DNA of 64,000 bases from assembly GCA_035623985.1 (NCBI GenBank), contig DASPSJ010000109.1:979-64978 (forward strand), in the 5' to 3' direction. This stretch comes from Stellaceae bacterium (GTDB lineage: Bacteria > Pseudomonadota > Alphaproteobacteria > ATCC43930 > CGMCC-115725). Below the pieces are notes generated by a model that had not been told where the DNA came from, made no database searches, and saw only the letters and a list, made by a program, of their open reading frames with translations. The position numbers and the translations under genes were made by a program. Below, one piece after another: positions 49,356-56,858 of this stretch; position 1 is the stretch's first letter; the number at the start of each line of letters is the position of its first letter.

Positions 49356-49685
49356 TTAAGCGAGGCTGGCGCGGTCGAGCTCGGCGCCGAGGCGGCCGGT
49401 CGCCCAGCAATAAAGCATGTAGAAATCGCCGCGGAACGACCACAGCGGGTGCGTGAAGGTGGCGGGGCGGTTGCGCTCGACATAGGCATGGGCGAACCAG
49501 GCGAAGCCGTAGCCCGCGACCGGCGCGCCCGCCAACAGCCGCCAGTCGCCGGCGAAGAGGAAGCCCGCCAGCAGCGCCACGCCCAGCGTGGTGCCGACAT
49601 AGTGGAGGAGACGGGTGAGCGGCCGGCGATGCTCGTGCAGGTAATAGGGCCAGAACTCGGCAAAGCTTTGGAAGTCCTCGACCAT
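49356..49685 (-). CDS. DUF962 / Mpo1-like small membrane protein
   Basis: Start at MVEDFQSFAEFWPYYLHEHRRPLTRLLHYVGT. 'FAHAYVERNRPATF' is the DUF962 pattern. It is on the same strand as the cqsS-like gene and directly upstream of it. Confidence 0.7.
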   Translation of the reverse strand: MVEDFQSFAEFWPYYLHEHRRPLTRLLHYVGTTLGVALLAGFLFAGDWRLLAGAPVAGYGFAWFAHAYVERNRPATFTHPLWSFRGDFYMLYCWATGRLGAELDRASLA

Positions 49686-49813
49686 CGACCGCTCCTTTGG
49701 CGCGAGCCCGTCCTTCGCCACTTTGGCCCGTCCCCGCCTCTTGTCAATCGCCCGCCGAATGCGTAAGTCAAGCCGTTGCAGGGGGCTGGTCCTCATTCCC
49801 GGGAGTGGATTTC

Positions 49814-50884
49814 ATGGGATTCAAGGTAGCGGTGGTGGGCGCCACCGGCGTGGTCGGCCATGAGATGCTGAACATCCTCGCCGAGCGCGATTTTCCGGTC
49901 TCCGAGGTCTATGCGGTCGCCTCCGAGCGCTCCGCCGGCGGCGAGGTCTCCTTCGGCGAGGACAAGGTGCTGAAGGTGCAGGATCTCGACCGCTTCGACT
50001 TCACCGGCGTCGATATCGGCCTGTTCTCGCCGGGCGCCAAGGTCTCGGCCGTGCACGCTCCGCGCGCCGCCAAGGCCGGCACCGTGGTGATCGACAACAC
50101 CTCGCAGTTCCGCATGGACCCCGACGTGCCGCTGGTGGTGAGCGAGGTCAACCCGCAGGCGATCGCGCAGTACAAGAAGCGCGGCATCATCGCCAATCCC
50201 AATTGTTCGACCATGCAGATGGTGGTGGCGCTGAAGCCGCTGCACGACATCGCGCGCATCAAGCGCGTGGTGGTGGCGACATACCAGTCGGTCTCCGGCG
50301 CCGGGCGCGAGGCGATGGACGAGCTGTTCACCCAGACGCGCGCGATCTACGTCAACGATCCCCCGAAGAAGGAGCATTTCACCAAGCAGATCGCCTTCAA
50401 CGTCATTCCCCACATCGACGTCTTCATGGAGGACGGCTCGACCAAGGAGGAATGGAAGATGGCGGCGGAGACGCGCAAGATCCTCGACCCCGACATCGCC
50501 GTCACCGCCACCTGCGTGCGCGTGCCGGTGTTCATCGGCCATGCCGAGGCGGTCAACGTCGAGTTCGAGCGGCCGATCAGCGAGGCCGAGGCGCGCGCCG
50601 CGCTCAAGGCGGCGCCGGGGGTCAGCGTCGTCGACCACCGCGCCGACGAGGGCTATGTCAGCCCGCAGGAATCGGCGGGCGAGGATCCCGTCTTCGTCAG
50701 CCGCATCCGCAAGGATCCGACCGTGCCCTACGGCCTCAATCTCTGGGTCGTCGCCGACAATCTGCGCAAGGGCGCGGCGCTGAACGCGGTGCAGATCGCC
50801 GAGATCCTGGCGCGCGACTATCTGCAATCCTCCGCATCATCCTCGGCCAAAATGGCCGGCGGCAGCCGGCGCAGCACCGGCTAA
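49814..50884 (+). CDS. asd: aspartate-semialdehyde dehydrogenase
   Basis: Start at ATG 49814. Motifs 'KVAVVGATGVVG', 'IIANPNCSTMQMVVALKPL' (catalytic Cys), 'SGAGREAMDEL' and 'CVRVPVFIGHAEAV'. Confidence 0.93.
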   Translation: MGFKVAVVGATGVVGHEMLNILAERDFPVSEVYAVASERSAGGEVSFGEDKVLKVQDLDRFDFTGVDIGLFSPGAKVSAVHAPRAAKAGTVVIDNTSQFRMDPDVPLVVSEVNPQAIAQYKKRGIIANPNCSTMQMVVALKPLHDIARIKRVVVATYQSVSGAGREAMDELFTQTRAIYVNDPPKKEHFTKQIAFNVIPHIDVFMEDGSTKEEWKMAAETRKILDPDIAVTATCVRVPVFIGHAEAVNVEFERPISEAEARAALKAAPGVSVVDHRADEGYVSPQESAGEDPVFVSRIRKDPTVPYGLNLWVVADNLRKGAALNAVQIAEILARDYLQSSASSSAKMAGGSRRSTG

Positions 50885-50971
50885 CGCCGTCGTCCGGCAA
50901 GCAGTGCGCCCAAGTCAAGCCAAAAAACAATGCGTAAGAAGAAGCACTAAGCGAACGTCGTCGGCGAGCGC

Positions 50972-51562
50972 CTAATCACCGTGCTTTAGGGGATGGGTCT
51001 GATCTTGATAGCGATCAGTGGGGCGAGTTCCATAGGCCATGTCTGGAGGTAACTCTGTCTTTAATTCAAAGAAGGTGATCTGGCAGGGTCGATCGATCAT
51101 GGGAGTTAGTTTTATGTCCAACGGACCGTTGTTCATCATTTCTAGAATTATGGGGCCGCTCCAGCCTGGCTGAATCCATGGAGCGGTTTGATGCATACTC
51201 AAGCCAACGCGCGCGTAGGTGCTGCGACCTTCGATAAGTGCGATCATATTGGTCGGCACTTTTATGCTTTCATACGTCATCCCAAGAATGAAGGCGCTCG
51301 GATGTAGTATAAAGCTCTCGGGATCTCCGAACTCGTCTTTGATCTTGAGTTCTTTGGTTGTGAAAAAACCGGATCGCCCAAGTGCGCCAAGACCATCTGC
51401 CACGGAGACGATTAGGCCTGGTGCCTTCTCGAGTTTCGTGAAGCTGAAGCCCAGTCTGAGATCAATAGAGGCCTCTCCCCATTGTCGCGGCTCCAATGGA
51501 GGATCAAAATCTATGGTGCCAGCTTCGACCGCCGCTCGCAGATTGACCTGCGAGAGTATCAT
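50972..51562 (-). CDS. dCTP deaminase family protein (dUTPase-fold, Dcd-like)
   Basis: 196 aa. 'ASIDLRLG', 'GRSTYARVGLSMHQTAPWIQPGWSGPIILEMMNNG' aligns with E. coli Dcd 'GRSSLARLGLMVH...DPGWSGCIVLEFYNSG', including the catalytic Glu. The gene is visibly AT-richer than the flanking DNA. Confidence 0.75.
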   Translation of the reverse strand: MILSQVNLRAAVEAGTIDFDPPLEPRQWGEASIDLRLGFSFTKLEKAPGLIVSVADGLGALGRSGFFTTKELKIKDEFGDPESFILHPSAFILGMTYESIKVPTNMIALIEGRSTYARVGLSMHQTAPWIQPGWSGPIILEMMNNGPLDIKLTPMIDRPCQITFFELKTELPPDMAYGTRPTDRYQDQTHPLKHGD

Positions 51563-51570
51563 TGTGCCCC

Positions 51571-51867
51571 CTATGCCGCGGGCTTAACGTGCTCTTTCGC
51601 CCATTCGCGGTTCAAGTACGCCAAGCCGGTAGTTGTAAAGAAAGAACCAGACACCACAACCGTAATCGTGTCTCCGGACACTTCTTGTATGGTTGCCCGA
51701 ATGTATCCTTCGTGTTGTCCCTCAGCTCTTTCAACGTTTTCACGGCGAACGAAACCCGAGAGAGGTCCTTCCGCAGTTTCAAAGGTCACGAGCACCTCGG
51801 TTGGGAATGCGCCTCTCTGAACCTCACAGCGAATACGGACGGCTTGGCCAGGAGCAAAGCTCGGCAT
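51571..51867 (-). CDS. hypothetical 98-aa protein co-transcribed with the Dcd-like gene
   Basis: ORF ending 8 nt upstream of the Dcd-like start, with the same low-GC composition and a beta-rich sequence 'AVRIRCEVQRGAFPTEVLVTF...YIRATIQEVSGDTITVVVSG'. No family was recognised. Confidence 0.5.
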   Translation of the reverse strand: MPSFAPGQAVRIRCEVQRGAFPTEVLVTFETAEGPLSGFVRRENVERAEGQHEGYIRATIQEVSGDTITVVVSGSFFTTTGLAYLNREWAKEHVKPAA

Positions 51868-52064
51868 AGAGTGTCCCTTCCCTATAAGTAGCTACATATA
51901 GCGCTTCGTTCTTCTTATGTACTCATATTCGATGCCATATCTAGTATGTTTGTTCCTGTCAAGAAGTGTCAATCCAATTTGTATCTTCTAGGACAACTAT
52001 CCCCCGCAATCTGTCTCCTGGGGATAAAAGTTTTTGAGATGCATAATTCTGCAGCGGTTTTTTT

Positions 52065-52343
52065 TCACTCCGCCTCGAACGCCCCGAGCTCCGGCCAAGG
52101 GGCTTGATCCGCCATTGCGGGGTGGAGACGTCCAGCCTGGCGGGTGAAGCTGAGCCGGCCGCGCTTCAGGCCGCAGAGCGGCTGCGCCAGCTCGGCGACC
52201 GCGGCTTTGGCATCGCGGCAATCGAAGATGACGAGGTCGGCCGGCCGGCCGACGGCGGTGCCGTACTCCGCGCGGCGCATCAGCCGCGCCGAGCGCGTCG
52301 TCAGCATGGCGAAGCACTCGGCGAGATCCTCCGCCCCGCCGAC
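52065..52343 (-). pseudogene. orphan duplicate of the 3' end (last ~90 codons) of the amidohydrolase gene; left copy of a 279-bp direct repeat
   Basis: It aligns base for base with 59196..59474, with 5 mismatches counted by eye. It translates to '...VGGAEDLAECFAMLTTRSARLMRRAEYG...PELGAFEAE' but lacks the rest of the gene. Confidence 0.85.
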
Positions 52344-52558
52344 GAAGGCAGGCGGTTGTCGCTGACTTTATGAATGGGTTCGACCTCGCCGCCAAGGCAC
52401 GCCGATGCGTCCCGGCCTGCGCTTGATCTACATGACAGGGTATCGGCGCCGGGATCGTAAGCCGACAGCAGCCTTGTCGATCCCGCAGCACTCGTTCTAT
52501 TTCTTGCCGGTCGCCTAAAAGCAGGGTGCTTACGAGGTGGTATCCCTTTCATCGTTGC

Positions 52559-55500
52559 TTACGACCAGTCGCGCTTTTCGACGTCTTGGTCGTGTCGGCG
52601 CGCGTCGTTTTCGTAAAATTGAGCGATGCGTTCCAGCATCGCGGCGGTTTGGGGCCATTCGATACGCAACGTCTGGGAAAAGCGCCGGTATTGCGCGGCG
52701 ATCTCACGCTCCTGATCGCCGCCATCGTTCATGGCCCGCCAGGTCGGGCCGCGCTTGCGGATTAATCCCATCATGACGCCGTCTTCGATTTCGGCACTAT
52801 GAAGCGTGTCAACGATGTCGCGCACCGGTGGTGGCGGCCAAATGCCGTCAGCCTCGGCGACAGCATAAGCGAAGACACTTCCAATTTGCCGGTCACAGAC
52901 CTTTCTGCGTCCTATCACCGCACACGCGCGCCGTGCCTCTGTAATCCATCGCTCAAGGGTATCCCGATTGATCGTAGCTCCTTCTTGGCCAGGGATTTGA
53001 GTCCACGAATTCAGGAGCTGATAACCGCGTGAGAACATTGCCTCCCGATTTTCAGACGAATCCGATTCCGGTTCGGAGATGCCGCTTTCGGGATCAGGCC
53101 GATAGACGATCCGGATTACCTCAGCAAAAAATGCCGGATCGTTCGCAAGTTCTCGATGAAGCGCGCTAAGTGACCTCTGCGAACGGCGGAGTATCGGACA
53201 ATACGCCCATTCAAGCTGCGCGATCGTGGAATTTTCGACTTCAGACCGCTTATCGAGCGCTTGAAGAACATGCTCAAGGTAATATTGGAAATTGCTGACA
53301 TCAAAATCGACACGCTTGTCCGTCAATGGTTCGCTCGCCGCGTTTTCAAGAATCGTAACGAGTGTGGCGGTCGGAATTTCTTTTCCGTGGCGTGCCGCGA
53401 CGGATACGGTTGCCCGTGGGCGGCCGACGGACATCAATTTGTTGATGGCAAACAGTCCTTCGCCGGGGACGCCGGCGGCGGTGATGGATGGGATCCGTCG
53501 CCAATACTCATTTTCGATATCTGATCCGAACACGCTGATGCGGTCCCAGAGGCGCCGCGATTCCCGAATAAGCAGGGCGACCACGATGACCATATCTTTG
53601 GTCCAGCTCTCAGCGAGCGCTCGGTCGAGCAGCTTATATCCCCAATCTGCATCGTTGGAGCGCAGGCAGCCGAGCACAATCCCTCGTGCGACATCGACCA
53701 ACTGGCTATCGCCCTTCAGACAGTGCACAAGGATGGTCTCGCGCCGCTCTTCGGTGATGGTTGCGCTGGCAATCGCGTTGCCGATGCTGAAGGGGCTTTC
53801 GACATAATGTGCGAAGCGGAAGACAGCATCGTCACCTTGTGTACCCAAGATTTTGTCGACGGCCTGCTGCCGCAAGAGATTTGCTTGAACCTCTTGAGCT
53901 TCCCAACCACCGTTCGGCGGATGTGGCAAGGGAACTTCACCATTGACGAAAAGCCAAGCAATCTGCTCGTCACGATCGTTGGGCGTTAGTTGCTCGTAGA
54001 TCGGGTCGAGCGGCGTGAGTTCAGCATCGGGCAGGGACCAGTCCGCATCGGGAAATTCCCGATGCTTATGAAGGAGCGAGCGGACAGCAACCCATACCGC
54101 CGATCGCGTTCTTTGGTCGAATTGGCCGACGCGCTCGCCGAGGAGAGTGATCGCGTTTCTCCGGTAGACTGGCGGAAGGTCGGCCAGGTGATCCACCAAC
54201 AACACCCAGCGGTTCCGGTCGGTGCCGACATCCTCAAGAAGACGTTTTGCAACTTCTTCGGCACTCTGGATCCAGAGTGGCGTCGTTATCTCTTCCTCGG
54301 CGCGGCCTTCGGAAAAATCGCGCCAGCGCGGCCGAGCTGATGGCCACATGGTGTCGTACGAAGTCGGCAGCAAGTCGCACATGAGGCGCCACGCAACCCC
54401 AGGTTCGTGCTTGCGAAGAATGGCATCCAGCACACCAAGCCGTTCGGTTAGAGATGCGTAGGTTTGGGGCATCCACAGTACGAACAAGTTGCGAAGGCTG
54501 TTAGCCGGACGATTACCGGAGCGTCCGCCGCCCGTATCCAGCGCGGCTAGCCGGGCGAGCAGGTGAGCCGCGCGGGAGATATATTTCGGGCTCCGAGCGA
54601 GGGTCTCCAGCGCCCAAAGCAAATGGCTATGATTGGCGCCGCTTGCGAGGGGCGTTTCGTCTTCAACAAACAACACCATGACCGGAGGATCGTTGAGGTC
54701 GAGGCTCGCCGCGACCGCGGATAAGAAGGTCTCCGGCGCGGCTTCGGCCAAAAGATCGAGAAGACGGGAAACCGACCACCACCGTCGTGCATCGGCATCG
54801 GTGAGAAGTTTTGAGACGATCGCCGCGGCTCTTTGCGCGGCGTCAGCGATACCGGCCTGATTGCCGAAGATCGCGAGTGCCATGAGCGTTTCGCTTAACC
54901 CGGCGCGGAGGAACTCCGAATGTTCCGGCATTTGCCCATGAATGGGCGCGTACCAGCGCTGGTCCTTGGGCATATCGAAACGAGGGTCGGGCCTGCCCAA
55001 CACATCAACCGCGACGTTGGCGTAAGCCTCAAGGGCCTGAGGCGTGAGGTAGGGTGCGAGCCGAAAGAGAGCGTCTCGTGGTGAGGCAATCTTCCACACA
55101 GAGCCGGATTTCCGTAGCGGGCTATCGGGGACTGTGAGCCAGGGGGTCAGTGACCGAACGATTGAATCGTAGTCGGCGTGAACGAGTTGCTCCATGACGG
55201 CACGGTCTGCGGGCTTTGCCTCATCCCAGGCCCCGGCAAGAAGCGCCGGGATCATGGTTGGGGCATGTAGCGGCGAAGCCCATTCGGGCACCATCCGCGC
55301 GTTTACGGACGGATGCAGCCTCCGAAATATTGCCAAACTGCCAGCCATGTCGCGTGCGACTTCGGATGCTTCTTGGTCGGGAAGCCCCATCGATTTGAGA
55401 GCAGCGTCTATCTCGATCCGGAGGGCACGGGAGAGGCGTATGACAGTTTCCGGTGTACCGACTTCGGACCCGAAGACGCTGTAGACGTGATGTCCTTGCC

Positions 55501-56599
55501 CCACAAGCCAGCGCGCTAATCCGGGATCGGCATTCTCAAGAACGATGATGAGCGACGTTGCGCTGTGCCCTAAAGCGCGTGCCTGGCCCGGCTCTGTGGC
55601 TATAAGGCACCGTGCCAGGTAGGAAAGGCGATAATCGGCAGGAAGGCGATCGATGGCGGCATAGAGGAACGCCATTGCCTCTTCCGGAGATTCCGCCTGG
55701 ATCGTGATTGGGGCGGGCTCGCCATAGAGCCAGTTCAGAGCCTGCGTGGTCTCTTCGTCGCGGCCAGCAAGAACGAGATCGGTGCTTATGGGCCATTCGG
55801 TCGATAACGACCACTCCTCCCAAACTTTCTCGATCTGGCGCAGGCCCAGCGGGAGCTTGCCGGTCAGCACGGCGAGCCAATGGCCGACGGCCGGGTTCAG
55901 CTCGATCCAATGAACAAGGTCAACGGCATCGAGCGCGCGGATATCGCCCCATTTTCCTTCTGCTTTTTTCTCGTTGAGCCACGCAGCCTTGCCGGAGAAC
56001 CGCAAGGGTGTCACGAAGACGAACGTCGAGTTCACCGGAACGATATCTTCCGGCTTTTGGCTGCGGTCGTTGAAAACCTTATCCGCCTTTTTGCGGATGT
56101 TGGCGGCTTGCGCCGTGAGCTCCCAACCGGATTCGCCTGCCGGAATATATTTCGAGCCGGCCGCGACGGTGCAACGGCCATCCCAACCGTGGAGGGAGAT
56201 GGCATCACCGCTCGGAAAGCGAAGCAAGGCCTCGTGCCCTTTTTCGGCGCGAATGAGGCGCGTCAGCAGTTCCGGCAGACGCGCTTGGCAATCGCGCGTT
56301 GCGGCCCATTGGCGTAGCTCGGTCTCATCGATGAAACGGAATGGGGTGTTGCCCTTTGGAAGGAAAGGCGGGTGTCCTGGCGGTGTTCCACGCACCGTGC
56401 CATCGTCGGAAAACGTAATGCGTTCTTTTTCGAAGCTTTTCACAATGGCATGAAGATTGTTCTGAATGGGTTCACGAAACCCGCGCTCAAAATCGGCGAC
56501 GGTGGATAGTGCCACGCCTGCTCGTTGCGCCAACGCGCGTTGAGACCAGCCAAGAAGCGCACGAGCGGCTTTGACCTGTGTGGCGGTGGGTATCGGCAT
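52559..56599 (-). CDS. 1346-aa protein of unknown function with N-terminal XRE-type HTH
   Basis: Uninterrupted ORF in a moderate-GC region. HTH 'QVKAARALLGWSQRALAQRAGVALSTVADFERG'. The following domain 'FPSGDAISLHGWDGRCTV...GESGWELTAQAANIRKKAD' is possibly nuclease-fold-like. The remainder is long and helical-repeat-like. No Walker A was seen by eye. Confidence 0.8.
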   Translation of the reverse strand: MPIPTATQVKAARALLGWSQRALAQRAGVALSTVADFERGFREPIQNNLHAIVKSFEKERITFSDDGTVRGTPPGHPPFLPKGNTPFRFIDETELRQWAATRDCQARLPELLTRLIRAEKGHEALLRFPSGDAISLHGWDGRCTVAAGSKYIPAGESGWELTAQAANIRKKADKVFNDRSQKPEDIVPVNSTFVFVTPLRFSGKAAWLNEKKAEGKWGDIRALDAVDLVHWIELNPAVGHWLAVLTGKLPLGLRQIEKVWEEWSLSTEWPISTDLVLAGRDEETTQALNWLYGEPAPITIQAESPEEAMAFLYAAIDRLPADYRLSYLARCLIATEPGQARALGHSATSLIIVLENADPGLARWLVGQGHHVYSVFGSEVGTPETVIRLSRALRIEIDAALKSMGLPDQEASEVARDMAGSLAIFRRLHPSVNARMVPEWASPLHAPTMIPALLAGAWDEAKPADRAVMEQLVHADYDSIVRSLTPWLTVPDSPLRKSGSVWKIASPRDALFRLAPYLTPQALEAYANVAVDVLGRPDPRFDMPKDQRWYAPIHGQMPEHSEFLRAGLSETLMALAIFGNQAGIADAAQRAAAIVSKLLTDADARRWWSVSRLLDLLAEAAPETFLSAVAASLDLNDPPVMVLFVEDETPLASGANHSHLLWALETLARSPKYISRAAHLLARLAALDTGGGRSGNRPANSLRNLFVLWMPQTYASLTERLGVLDAILRKHEPGVAWRLMCDLLPTSYDTMWPSARPRWRDFSEGRAEEEITTPLWIQSAEEVAKRLLEDVGTDRNRWVLLVDHLADLPPVYRRNAITLLGERVGQFDQRTRSAVWVAVRSLLHKHREFPDADWSLPDAELTPLDPIYEQLTPNDRDEQIAWLFVNGEVPLPHPPNGGWEAQEVQANLLRQQAVDKILGTQGDDAVFRFAHYVESPFSIGNAIASATITEERRETILVHCLKGDSQLVDVARGIVLGCLRSNDADWGYKLLDRALAESWTKDMVIVVALLIRESRRLWDRISVFGSDIENEYWRRIPSITAAGVPGEGLFAINKLMSVGRPRATVSVAARHGKEIPTATLVTILENAASEPLTDKRVDFDVSNFQYYLEHVLQALDKRSEVENSTIAQLEWAYCPILRRSQRSLSALHRELANDPAFFAEVIRIVYRPDPESGISEPESDSSENREAMFSRGYQLLNSWTQIPGQEGATINRDTLERWITEARRACAVIGRRKVCDRQIGSVFAYAVAEADGIWPPPPVRDIVDTLHSAEIEDGVMMGLIRKRGPTWRAMNDGGDQEREIAAQYRRFSQTLRIEWPQTAAMLERIAQFYENDARRHDQDVEKRDWS

Positions 56600-56716
56600 G
56601 AGAATATGACCTCATACTTTTTCTATGAGGTAGGATGAAAACTCGGCTGTTCAAGAGGCGAAGGAACCTGGCTATTTCCTATTTACCGTGTTGATAATAA
56701 TAGCTTAATTTTTATA

Positions 56717-56836
56717 GCAGAACACGCTTGTAATATTTCGACATAATATGATTGTAAATGATCGACATGATTTGCTTGTATAAATTCAACATGATATGCT
56801 TGTAAACATACGCAGAAAAAGCTTGTGGGACTACAA
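56717..56836. repeat. tandem array of four to five 24-bp units with core ACATGATATGCTTGTAAA (iteron/operator-like)
   Basis: Units start at 56717, 56741, 56765 and 56789 in exact 24-bp phase, with a fifth copy at ~56813 shifted by 1 nt. The core (G/A)(C/A)TTGT(A/G) recurs at 56726, 56750, 56774, 56798 and 56821. The array lies in the 259-bp divergent intergenic region. Confidence 0.8.
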
Positions 56837-56858
56837 AAGTTGAGTTGAGACGGGGCAT

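Noticed and set aside
51997-52491. ORFs 51997..52491 (164 aa) and 52065..52307 (80 aa), which overlap the left repeat.
   Set aside because: The 80-aa ORF is just the duplicated C-terminal fragment of the amidohydrolase beginning at an internal Met. The 164-aa ORF is an out-of-frame Arg-rich shadow. Neither is likely to be an independent gene.
52344-52558. tRNA or tmRNA-like attachment site at the left island junction ('GGGTTCGACCTC' around 52375 resembles a T-loop).
   Set aside because: The flanking bases do not form a T-stem or acceptor stem, and no cloverleaf could be drawn by eye. The repeat itself is derived from protein-coding sequence.
56717-56836. Possible mini-CRISPR array because of regularly spaced repeats.
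   Set aside because: The 24-bp units are contiguous with no unique spacers, and there are only 4-5 copies in a divergent promoter with no cas genes. An iteron or operator array is the better description.
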